Shown: positions 13,157 through 25,943 of the stretch, piece after piece | Layout of the letters: every line of letters starts with the position of its first letter | Position numbering within the stretch: position 1 is the stretch's first letter | DNA from: the human T2T-CHM13v2.0 reference genome, Homo sapiens | Direction: 5' to 3' (one strand) | Length of the DNA: 64,000 nucleotides | Assembly: GCF_009914755.1 (NCBI RefSeq) | Contig: NC_060932.1 | Made by a program: the position numbers and the translations under genes | Notes under the pieces: model-generated | What the model saw: the letters and a program-made list of their open reading frames with translations, nothing else | What the model was told of the DNA's origin: nothing | The model's database searches: none

Positions 13157-16100
13157 CATTTGACAGCTGTTTTCATCACCAAGGATTAATTTTCATCATC
13201 AAATTTGACTCAAAATTTACTGCCACAGTAAGATGATACTAATTTGAGTTTGACTGTCTTGAGCATTGAGAGACTAGTTTCTGAAGCAACCTGAATCTCT
13301 TGGCAAAATATGTTATACTTTGATTTATAAATAAATAAATCAAACTACTTTCTTTAAAATGCAGATCTTCATAACACCAAGGTTTATGTACCAAGCAATG
13401 ATGTTGCACAAAAATCCCCAAAGGGTATATCTGTACCTTCTGTGAGTATGGCAAGTTAGGTGTTTAGGATATAATGTCCCCGAATTTAAAAATCTATTGA
13501 GGAAATGCATTAATACAAGTGTAAACTTCTGGCCTAATCTTATTTAATATCATCATCATCATGATTATTATTCTCAATATTGTCAGTTTTCTCTCTTATA
13601 GGGGAGCTTAAAGGAAATATATTTTTCAAAGTTTTCTCATTTTGACTCTGAAAAGCTTTGACATCTCTCAGATGCACACATGCATTATTAATATTAAAAT
13701 ATAAGTAACTTTAAAGAAGAAAGGTAAGATATTAGTATAAGGAGTTAAGCATATTATTTCAATAGTAAATAATTTATTAGGAAACAAAATAACAAGAGTA
13801 TGCCGTAGTAAAATATTTCTCTTAAGTAGATGATTTATTTTTTATAGTGTACCTTTTTCAGGGAACATGTTTTGGTTCTGAACATTAAGTTATAAATCAA
13901 GTGCACTATTGGCTTCAAGACAGAATAGAGTAACTGTCCAAGCATCAAATACAATTGCACCCTCTGAATGTAAAGACCAATTTTTCAGTCCTTACTCTGA
14001 CAAAACTATCTTTAGAATCAGTGGGAGTTCCTACTAAACTAGAAATGAATTGGATTTAATAAATCCACAGCTGTGTCCGTTTTAGCATTACTTTTTCCTA
14101 GGATTCATCGTAGTTTTTTATATATATTTTAACTAATGAAAAACTGCTTCATATTACAAATATGATGAATAATTAAACAACAAGTGACTGATTTTGACAA
14201 CTGTATTTCTGAAACTCCTCTTGAAAAGATAATATTACTATAGCAATACAGAACAAGGGTTTGTTTCAAAATCTAATATTTTAAAGTAGGTTTTCTTTCT
14301 GTTCCTGTGGTACCATTTTATGAGTGACTTTTGGATGCAAATAAAAAGAACCTCTAGTCTAAGAAATATATTTCAACTAAATTGTTGTTAAAATGCAGAA
14401 ATTTTGAAAAGGAAAATATATATAGAAAATCTGTCAGTAACACCAGGGTGAGGTTTGGACTCTTCCCATTTTCTCCTCTTCTTCCCTTTTTAGAGTACAT
14501 TAAAAAGAAAAAGCAGTAATAAAGCATGATTGCTTTCTGTGATTATGAAATTCTAAAGGGAAAGCAATTTTTGCATTAGTACTGTGAAACTCCTTATAAA
14601 ATATCCAGTAACAGCTGTTTTAAATCCATCCATAGCAAATGTAAAAGTAAATACTTCTTTTGAAATTATGGTGATAAAAGTTCATCTCACCAATCAGGCT
14701 ACATTTCCCTTCTGCAAACATTTGTGTGTGGCTAAAATTAGAAGGCCTTTTTCAACTCTGCATGATAGAATCACATTGGCTTCGATACAGAGATGTAAAA
14801 TAAAGTAGTTGATGTTTCATGTATGGCCAAATCGTATTTTATGAGTCACTCAAATGTAAAGTTTTAGTTTCACTCAAGAAGGAGTGAAAAATTCAACCAC
14901 CAAAATGATTCCAAAAACCAACTTAACAAAATACATATGTGGATTTGAAACATTAATAACTTCCTTGAAATGTTACTTTTTATTAATTTCCTAATTAAAA
15001 ATGCTTTCTGTAGAATCTCTACAGCGAATCTGGCATATAGCACATTTCTTCTGAAATGTAAAAAAGTGGGCTTAGAAAATTGATCTGCCTTTTAAAAATC
15101 CATAGCTCTATTTGTATGTACTATATGAATAATAAAAAGTAAAGGCTGAATACATACAGTTTATTCCTAATAAAATTAATGAAATGCATAATATGATATA
15201 AAATAATGCATTACTGTTCACTATGGCTTGATGTATAACAGGAATAAATTAGACATGCTTTAAGTTGTTTAAAACAACTTAATAAGCAAAGAATAAACTA
15301 AATTCATAAGCATAAACATACAATGAATAAATGGTAGGAATTTTATCCAGTTACAAGAGAATTCGACTTTAAATTCCTTGAAGTTAGGATATGTCTTTTT
15401 CTCTCTCTGCCTAGCACCTAATTCAGTGACTAGGATTCAGCAAGTCCTCAATCCATATCTTTTGTTATATAGAGAGAGATTATATAGAATAAAAGGGGAA
15501 CAGCTGTATTATAATATAATTTTAAAGTGAAACCCTGATATTGTCTGAGCAGGATATATGTTCATTCACTCATCTATTCAGCAAACATTTTTTTCTTCTA
15601 CACACCTGCTCCTACAAATGTGTGCCATTTATACTATATGTACACAGATGTACACTCCTGTGTATCTGAGAATTAAAATATGGCATAACCATTTTAAGGG
15701 GGAAAAAGATAAAGGAACACAAAACTGGAATAGCATGGCATACTACTGATAGCCAGAGTATAATTCAATTAAGAAATTATTTTCCTACTGCAGATTAAAA
15801 ACCAAAGAAACAAAGTGACACTTGTTTCATCCCTTAAAAAATATGAATTATGTATGTGTTATGTGCAAGACATGGAACTACTAGGTCGTAGTTATATAAT
15901 TAAAACAAAATAATTCTAGGTCAAATTAAGTCTATGTTGCCAAAGAGGAACTTAATTTGTCTAGATATGCTAGGATTTTCAGTGAGTAAATGATCATCAC
16001 TTAATACATGGATGAAAATTTCTTTCATTAACAATTTCATAAAGCTATGAAGGAGGCTTTCTTTGTGTTTAATCCCAGTAACTTTGAAAGGAATATTGAG

Positions 16101-17114
16101 TATTGTCATATATGTATCCTGATTGCTAGAAAAATAGTTTGCATAATATTAAGGCTAAATTATATGCTTCTGACATTTGCAATCAAAGATACAATTTTGT
16201 ATCAGGATATTTTTGAGTTTTCACAAGAGGAAAAACTAGATTTGAATGATATCTCTGTCATTTGAGAGGTAGGCAGACATGGACAAATTTCCTAACAGTA
16301 TGTCTTATTTGCTAACCAATAAAATGTGAATCATAATGTCTATCAGCCTAAATGATGTTTGAAAGTACTTATATACTGCAAAGTGATGTTTTATGTCATT
16401 TTCATTCATTGTAATAAGTGAAATAAGGGAGGGGTGATTCTATAGAAGTGTTTTAAAAACCTGGAAATTATAACAACAAATTATAGTAATGAGAGGAAAA
16501 AAGAAAACTAAGTCAGTTTCACAGGAAGCATCACATGAAAGTTTACCTGTAAACGGAGGGAAGAAAGTAATTTCAAGAGTGAAGTGAAATGAAGGTGGCA
16601 AAACCTGTGTGTATGATCAATATCATGCAGATGAAAATGTAGGATCACCTATGGATGAGCAAATTATAAGCAAAGGAGAAACAACAACAATAAAATACTT
16701 CTTAAAAGTTATATTCAAAGCTGGCAAATGAGAAAGGAAATTTTCAGCCTATGATCTAGGGTATATAGTATAATGTAAATGCATGCTTCCATATTTTTTA
16801 TTAGAAACATTGTAGAATATTCATGATTAAAAGGAACTTGAAGTTCAGCAGTAATGAGAGGATTATTTAGAGGATATCAAGCTGTTTTACGAGTTGCATT
16901 GAACTATGTCCCTTGGTAATGTAACAACTTGCAGATATGATCTTGCAATCATTGTCATCACCTGATAAATCATAAGGATAAGAGGTGGTGTCAGAAGCTG
17001 TATATGACAAAATTGTCAAATTTCAAAATAAGGAAGAAAACAGATTTCAGAAATACTGTGAAAAAAGTGTTTTACATATAACAGCGACACAATTTTAGAG
17101 CAGACCTATTAATT

Positions 17115-17370
17115 CTGGTTTGCAAATATTTATTGGACATCTACCATTATAAAGAATTGTGTTCAGTTCTGATACTTAATGATAAAATGTGCACTTTTGA
17201 AGTACCCTGGATCATGGATAATAGACATGTGATAAGGGCTGTGATAGATTTGGGGGAACCATGAGAGGTAACACTAATTTTATCTAGAAAAGTGACAGTA
17301 GACATGATACAGGAGTAATTTTTAAATCTGAATGTTAATGAGATTAGTTAGAATTTTAGAGGCAGAGGCA
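17115..17370 (-). mobile_element. L2 fragment inside the L3
   Basis: caaatatttattggacatctac antisense L2 3' end. Confidence 0.55.
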
Positions 17371-17449
17371 TAAACCCTTTGGTGCATGTGAAAAAAGAAG
17401 TAAGTTACTGCACTAACAATAGGTTACTAAGAACAAATAATGTAAATAA

Positions 17450-17600
17450 TGGCATAGCAGGAAAACGAACCTGGAGTAAAGCAATGTGGGTTGTAGTCTA
17501 AATAGTAAGCTCCAAAAGTTCAATCTAGTTATTTCATATGTGTGTATGTGCATACATAATCTAGTTTTTCTATATATAAAATGAGGGTGTGCAGAGAATT
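17450..17600 (+). mobile_element. MIR fragment inside the L3
   Basis: ggcatagcaggaaaacgaacctggagt...ctagtttttctatatataaaatgagg. Confidence 0.5.
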
Positions 17601-18539
17601 GTTATTTTTTCTGTCATTTTTTTCTGATCTATTGTAATCTATGGGGAGAGGAGAACTCTACAGAGTATACGTCCTAATTTAAACAACAAATTTATTAATT
17701 ATGATTATTTGAAACAATTGTAGCTGTCATTTATTAAGAGCTTATATTTAGTAAGCTATAATATTTTATCACAGATGAATAATTTGTGGATATATGCACT
17801 GTAGAGTGGAGAACTGCAAGTGTTTCAAAAACTCCATCTACTGTAGTTTATTGTTAAATTTATGGTAGCCTGCATAATGGTCTCTGATGTAACACAATAC
17901 TCTTCTTGGTTGGTAGTGGCATTAAACATATTTAGCAAATTTGTATACAGTAGGACACATGTTGTGTTTACCAAATTAGTAGACTACAAAAGTTAGAAGA
18001 GGTAGCTACATAAAAATTTAGTAAGAACTATACAAGCTGAAATCATGAGCTGTTACTAAAAATCAGATTTGAAAATAAGGCAAATATGAAGTCTTCCACT
18101 TATGTTAGAAACTATAATCAATAATGTTTTATATAAATAAACTATGGAAGTTTCATCTGATCACAAAAGAATTTGATGTTAAATTCCTCAAGGGTAGGAA
18201 ATATGTCTTTTGCTCACTATGTAAAACTTAGTTTTCAAAGACTGGCAAGTAATAAGTCATCAACACATGTCTTTTGAACTGTACTTCACTGAATTTTAAG
18301 TGAGCCACCATGTACAATAACTTTACAGCATTTCAGTTATAACCTGATTAAACTAAATTGGTACCCATGATGAGGTACATAATGTCTGGACATCTTTGCA
18401 CTGCGTAGACTCAATTTGCAGTATCAAGGTAGAATTCAATGAGCTACATCTAAAAGATTCATTGACAATGACTTTAATATTGGAGATACATACATACACA
18501 CACACATATATATGTGTGTGTGTGTGTTTGTGTGTGTAT

Positions 18540-18672
18540 GAGGTTAGGGGGGTTGCCCTGGTTTGTAGCACGGCCAATTTGACAGTGTGAATATTTCCAC
18601 TGTGGAAATATCAATGTGAAAATACCAGTTGACTCTCTGAAGCAGGTACAAGCTGGTTCTAAGACAACACAG
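18540..18672. mobile_element. MER63-like hAT fragment
   Basis: End gaagcaggtacaagctggttctaagacaacac resembles recalled MER63 terminus. Confidence 0.4.
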
Positions 18673-19599
18673 ACCATCGTAGGTAGGTTATGATGACACA
18701 GAGTTTATGCTCAAAAGATGCTTATTAAATTAATAAATCTGAGATTGTAAGGAACATTCAGGATATATTGGTAACTATCCTAGAAAAGAAGTAACATGTC
18801 AGTAATTTCTAAATTGCTGCATGTTTTCTCATGGACAAACAGTTACATCTATTTTAAGTAGCTTTTTGAAGTACGCCTAGGACCGTAGTTTAAAGTTATA
18901 GAAAAAAAATCTCAAACTCAGTATAGAAATGTGTTTTTAAACAATCAACCAGAGCTACTTTTTTAAATAGTTAAAAATTTTTTTAAACCTTTAAACAAAC
19001 AGAAAATTAACCACCTGTCTTTAGAAATCCCATAGAGATTCTATACTGAGTTTAAAGAGTTGGATTGTCTAACTCTATTTTTTTTCAAATTTCACTGTGT
19101 ACCAGAATATGGGCAACAACATTTCCTAACAGTTCCCCATGTGGTTCTAATACATAGGAATCAAAATCATTAAGTGATGAAGTTGCTCTATGAGTCCATG
19201 TTCACTATTGTTATAATGTTACAGTTACAGACAATCATAATGAAAAAATACAATCTACAAACTTGGAATTGTTTCAATGATTGGAAATCATGGTAAGACT
19301 TTTTTCATGAATTTGAAAATTGAAGAAATAAAATTTGCAACACTAAGTGAAGGAAATTGGTGAATCCAACAGGGTTAATGAAAGGCTAAAACAAAAAGAG
19401 ACTAAGGACGTTTTTCAATTAAGTAATATAAATGCAATTCTAAACAAGTGGAGCTCGATTCTATAGTTTTTGCATAAGTGAAGATATTGTCTGATCTAAA
19501 AAGAAAATAAAGGTATTGACTAAGATATAAATAATAAAAAGGTGCAGGCAAAGAAGCATGCGCACAGTTACAATAGTTACATTTCCACGTGACAAGGAG

Positions 19600-19912
19600 T
19601 TTTTTTTTTTTTTTTGAAACAGAGTCTTGCTCGCTCTGTTGTTCAGGTTGGCGTGCAGGGGCGAAATCTTGGCTCACTGCAACCTCTCCCTCCTGGGTTC
19701 AAGGTTCAAGCGATTCTTCTGTCTCAGCCTCCCGAGTAGCTGGGACTACAGGCGTGTGCCACCACACCCAACTAATTTTTGTATTTTTAGTAGAGATGGC
19801 ATCTCGTCATGTTGACCAGGCTGCTCTCGAACTCCTGACCTCAAATTATCCACCTGGCTTTGATCTCCCAAAGTGCTCCGTATAGGCCGGGCTTGATGGC
19901 TAATGCCCAGCC
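19600..19912 (-). mobile_element. AluS with rearranged 5' end
   Basis: Poly-T then antisense Alu; GGTTCAA tandem duplication at 19696-19709; normal GGGATTACAGGCGTGAGCCACC segment replaced (see findings). Confidence 0.93.
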
Positions 19913-20002
19913 TATACAGAAAATTTTTATAATAAAATTTCAAGAGTTTCTCGGCCCATAGCCAACAGTGCTTTATTTCTGAAACCATTCCCACAATAAG
20001 AC

Positions 20003-20326
20003 TTTTTCTTCTTCTTCTTCTTCTTTTTTTTTTTTTTTTTTTTTTGAGATGGAGTCTCACTCTGTCTCTCAGCCTGGAGTGCAGTGGTGGGATCTCAGCT
20101 CACTGCAACCTCCGCCTCCGGGTTCAAGCAATTCTCTTGCCTCAGCTTCCTGAGTAGCTGGGATTACAGGTGCATACCAGCATGCCTGGCTAATTTTTGT
20201 ATTTTTTTAGTAGAGACAGGGTTTCACCATGTTGGTCAGGGTGGTCTCGAACTCCTGACCTCGTGAAGCACCCCCCTCGGCCTCCCAAAGTGCTGGGATT
20301 ACAGGCCTGAGCCACCGCGCCCGGCC
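20003..20326 (-). mobile_element. AluS (Sg-like) with (CTT)n/poly-T tail
   Basis: Full antisense Alu ending ccaccgcgcccggcc; TSD aataagac(t/a)tttt at 19995 and 20327. Confidence 0.95.
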
Positions 20327-21214
20327 AATAAGACATTTTACTACATTGTCAAGGTTTCTTTAGTTCCTATCTCTTTTCACTTTAGGCATGCCTTTATTCT
20401 CCATGAAGCTTGACTGCAAGGAGAGACGCATTGTAAACTCCACAATGGTATGCCTTGACCGGCACTGTATATTCATGCCTAGCACAGCTCCAGCAAATAA
20501 CACAAATGTAAATAGATTTATTTTAATCAAGGAATGATTAAACAGATAGCGGCATTTCTGGATTTTCATTACACTCTTAATTCTCAATGGGAATTATTCG
20601 GTTGAAGTTCTTTTATCAGCCTTAATATTGACGGCAGTTACTTAAGCCATTTGGTCACTTCCGCTAACAGAGAAGCTGTGCAAAGTTACACATTATATTG
20701 ACCTATTTGTGTTCTGGATCATTGAATGCATCTGCTGAGGAAGATACTGACTGGCTACAACAAAAAGAATGCTTTGGATTCTTTGGTATGTGCATTCATA
20801 TACTCCATTAAAGTAAAACAGCTTTGTAGAAAAAAAAAAAAGTGACTCTCTAGACCTGGGTGGAGGGACCAGATACAACCAGGCTTATCCCCAAGTAAAC
20901 ACTTTGAGTTTTTATATCTAAAATAATTATGCTTATTTTGTTTTTCCATAGACGAATACCTTTTATTTATTCATTTACTTACTGCCTTATATTCACTGTC
21001 ATCACAGATGATATTTTCTTCTAGTCCATGTATGATAAATAAATTATCTCTCACACAAACAGATATAAACACTCATACTTGTAAGTTTGTTTTTGTTTGT
21101 TTGTTGTGTGTGTGTTTTATTTTGTAATTAATATTATGTATTTAAGATATATTCTAACTACCAGACCTCGGGCAATTCCTGTCCTATTTACCCCTCCAAC
21201 AGTCATATTGTAGA

Positions 21215-21580
21215 CTCATTAAGAAGACTGTGTGTCTACCTTTTCTTATCACCTACTATCTCCTTAATTCCTTGCTAATTGATTTATGCTTCCACTATTC
21301 TACTGAGACAGCTCATTAAAGAGTTATTTATCCAGGACCAAAATCCAATAATCTTTTCTAAGTCCTATTTTTCCTTTAACTTTTAATGCCTTTGGTGTTG
21401 TACATCTTCCCCTCCTGCTTGAATATGCTTGTCTTCTATACAGTGAACTCCCATGGTTCTCTTCCAACTTCCATCAATTGTTCTTTCTCTGTTTCTTTAA
21501 TTAGATTCCCATCTACTTGCCACTTTTAGAAATGAGTGGTCCCCAAGTTCTATCTTTGGAACTTTACTATTATTTTCATG
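21215..21580 (+). mobile_element. L2 LINE internal (RT-region) fragment
   Basis: ccactattctactgagacagctc, cccctcctgcttgaa, atggttctcttccaac, gtccccaagttctatctttgg. Confidence 0.65.
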
Positions 21581-21588
21581 TTTTTTAT

Positions 21589-21843
21589 ACACCTGTAATC
21601 CCAGCACTTTGGTAGGCTGAGGTGGGAGGATTGCTTGAGCACAGGAGTTCCAAATAAGCCTTAGTGAGACCTCATCTGTACTGGAAAAAAAAAAAAAAAT
21701 GCCAGGCAGGCTGGCATGTGCCTGTAGACTCAGCTACTATGGGAGGCTTAGGTGGAGGATCGCTTAAGTTTTGTAAGTTGAGGCTACAGTGAACTATGAT
21801 CATGCTACTGTACTCCAGCCTTGTGACAGAGCAAAACCCTGTG
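21589..21843 (+). mobile_element. AluJ, slightly 5' truncated
   Basis: gggaggattgcttgagcacaggagttc and tgaggctacagtgaactatgatcatgc are J-type diagnostics. Confidence 0.9.
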
Positions 21844-21844
21844 A

Positions 21845-21896
<52 letters not shown>

Positions 21897-22037
21897 GAAG
21901 GGAGGGAGGGAGGAAGAAAGGAAGGAAGGAAAAGAAAGAAAGAAAGAAAAGAAAGAAAAATAAAGAAAGAAAAAGAGAAAGAAGAGGAGAAAGATAGGAA
22001 GGAAGGAAGGAAGGATGGAAGGAAGGAAGAGAGGGAG
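21843..22037. repeat. (GAAA)n/(GGAA)n polypurine tract grown from the Alu tail
   Basis: Seen directly. Confidence 0.95.
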
Positions 22038-22841
22038 ACCAAAATGCTGTGAAGGGGAAAGAAAGCTATTTGTCAAATAGCCTCTCATTGAACAGTTACA
22101 CGTGTAATCATTTTTTGTCAGGAAAATATTATGTGAGCTTATGAGATATCACTGATTATCAAGCAGAGGATAGTGCTTTCTGGCTGCCTCTCCATATACC
22201 TAGAGTCAGTTAGTATTCTACCAAAGCCTCAACCTCCAGAGACACTAAGGCCAATGTAACTTTAGTTAGGAAACTCTTAAGTTAGGACTTCAGTTACTCC
22301 ACTAAATACTCCATGCTGCAAATTCTTTTCTGACTTGTGTTCCCGTTCAAACAACTGGATCTTCTTTAAAATGGAAACACCCTCATTTGAAAAGAAAATT
22401 GTATGTTTCTTGAACTCAGTAAATAAAAATACATATTATTACATGTATTCATTCTGGGTTATGATGACATTCTTTCAAAGCTGCAAACTTCAATAAGTTT
22501 TTTGGTTTATAAGATTGACTCAGTTGAGCTAGATTTTCTCAAAATGAGGACCCAATCCTTATTAAATCCATTAAAGTCTAAAAGTAGATTTTCATTTCAT
22601 GTGCTTACAGAATTTATAGCACTCTAAAACAAAAGAAATGCAAAACCCATATATCCAAATTAGCCACATTACTTTAAATATGAAAGATGATATTGGGTTG
22701 CTGAACTAATTCTTCATTGGCAATGGGAATATGCTACCTACAGTTTTAGTGAAAAACTCTTTTAGCACATCATGGTAGTTTCATGATGGAAAAATCTTCT
22801 TTTTAAAAAAAATTCCAACAACTGCAAAATTTTCTTATCTT

Positions 22842-23050
22842 CAGCACAGTAGTTAAGAATATGGGTTTTAGAAGCCAAAATACGTGAGTTGAAATCTTGT
22901 TTCTCACAGTTACTAGCTGTGTACCCAGGCAGGACGGTTAATGTCTTTTTGCTCTAGTTTTTTACTTATAAAATGGGATGATAATACATACACAACAGTG
23001 TCGCTATCATGATTAAATGAGCTTATAGAAGTAAAACCTGTAGAGTGTTT
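22842..23050 (+). mobile_element. MIR SINE
   Basis: agtagttaagaatatgggtttt...ttactagctgtgta...tataaaatgggatgataata...gattaaatgag. Confidence 0.75.
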
Positions 23051-25074
23051 GATGTTATTACAGCTTTATACAAGAGAGGAGAAATCACTTGGCCGGAAAT
23101 GTTTATTAAGTCAATCTCTGTACATTTTTCACTAGCCAGGAGTCATTAAGGAAAAACAACTGTGAGTCATATCAATCATATGCAAGCAGAAACTAAGACA
23201 TTACTATCTTTTGGCAGTGTCTATAAATAAGATGGGATCATTCCTCAGAGTTGTGTGTCTTCAATTTTGTCTTGTCTTCTCTACATGGGACTCGTATTAC
23301 TTGAACTGGGTGGACTTGCAGAGTAAAGAAGTTGAGAAAACCAAGGTTAATTGAATTTCCCCCCAAAAACAACAACACGTAGGCAAGGCTGCTTTTATAA
23401 AATGCAATAAACTCTTTATGTGAAACTGTTAATCTGTTGATGACCTGGACTTTTTATAAATTGAAACATCCAAGCTCAAGGGTAAGCCAATGAATGATAA
23501 AAGATGATATATCAACTTCATGTTGAAATATATGTGCTGGGGAGGGTTATTCTTTCTAATAGAAGGCTGCTGTATTTTTCACCTGATTCCACTGAAAACT
23601 ATAGTATAAAAGCATTTCATAATATTGTATCAATCTCCATACCTATCCTGTTTTCCTTCGTTGCACTGAAGTATTGTGTTAGCAGACATTTTTGCCTGCA
23701 TGAACGATTGTTTTTAATCCTTACCCCAATCTAGAAGACAATGTTACAGGTAAAAAAAAACAAACCAAAGCACGGATGCATTAAATATCTTATAAAGCCA
23801 GGGAATCTGAAACAAGACCTCCATGCCTGGCCAGGTTATCTCCCAAATACACACATAATCATGCACACGGACACTAGAGTAATCACAAATACGAGTGAAG
23901 AAACAGCAGTTCCTATTAGATATATATATAATTAACAGGACATGATAAATTAGCTATCTCCAAATAAATAATCTGTATCTATCTTGCAACTATATTTATT
24001 CAATTGGTATCTAATGTTCGTTTAATTACAAATAGATCTTTGGCCAACTTTCAGTTTAGAAATTAAGTTTTAATGATACTACAATAACTTTCCATTATAT
24101 AGCAAGGTCACTGGCTTGAAAATACATTTTAAATTGCTTCATAAGGATTATATTTTAGTTGAAATTATTTCTCTTTTAAAATTAACATAATATAAATTAA
24201 CTATGTTTTTATTGTATTATTTTAAATGGTCTCATTTAACATTTTACCTAACACAGATTGATTTCATTCTATACAAATAACTTGAGAAAAGTCACTGGAT
24301 CTAGTGGCTGCTATGATGGAAAATCTTTTATTATTGTATTCTAACTATTGCAAATTTGTTTAAACTGCAGCATAAAGAAAGTCAAGGTATTTAAAATCCA
24401 TGGTTACACTGTCAACTAAGCTTCACTGTGAATTTACTTTGTTCCAGATCTAATGGGAAACCTGGGATTTTATTACAAACAGAAAAATTAACACAGTCCC
24501 CACCCTCACAGAACTCAGGGTTTTGTGAAATGATGATTATCCGAAATGACTATAAATTAAATAATACTATACAAAAGAAGGCAAAGAGTAATGTGGGAGT
24601 ATGGATAATTAGTTCTCAACCTGTGGGATGTATTATATTTTGAAGAAAACATACTTGCTATGCATTTTGTATAGTGACAATGAAATACAAGTTAACTTTT
24701 TTTCCAGTGAAAAACTGGTAAGTGATGTAACATGTACAGGGAAGTAATGGAAGATTTTTTATTCACTCTTTCTTCCAAAAGTTTTTATTTACCTTCTTGT
24801 ATGAATATTGATCGAAAGTGTTCGAATGTCCTCAGAAGGTTATTTGGAAACTGAATGTTTTTCAAGTGAAAGGAGAATGAAAATGATTTTTACCCTTTAA
24901 AGATCTTACCTTTAAAAGAAATGTGCTTGAAAATAGGAAACAGAAGACGAAATAGGAGACAGTAACAAAAGCCACATGAACATATAGAATCAAGACATTG
25001 GAGCTGAGGACGGAAGTGAGAGCATTGCTTTGGGAAATATTTAGGATGGATAGATAACTGAGAGGATAAGATCT

Positions 25075-25943
<869 letters not shown>

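Larger units (their letters stand above)
16540..18960 (+). mobile_element. Ancient L3/CR1 LINE remnant, interrupted by younger elements
   Basis: Collinear degenerate matches to recalled CR1 RT-region text: aacttgcagatatgat...agaggtggtgtcagaagctg (about 16930-17000), ggttactaagaacaa (17422), accaaattagtagactacaaaagttagaagaggtagcta (17970), tttgcactgcgtagactcaatttgcagtat (18395). Confidence 0.55.
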
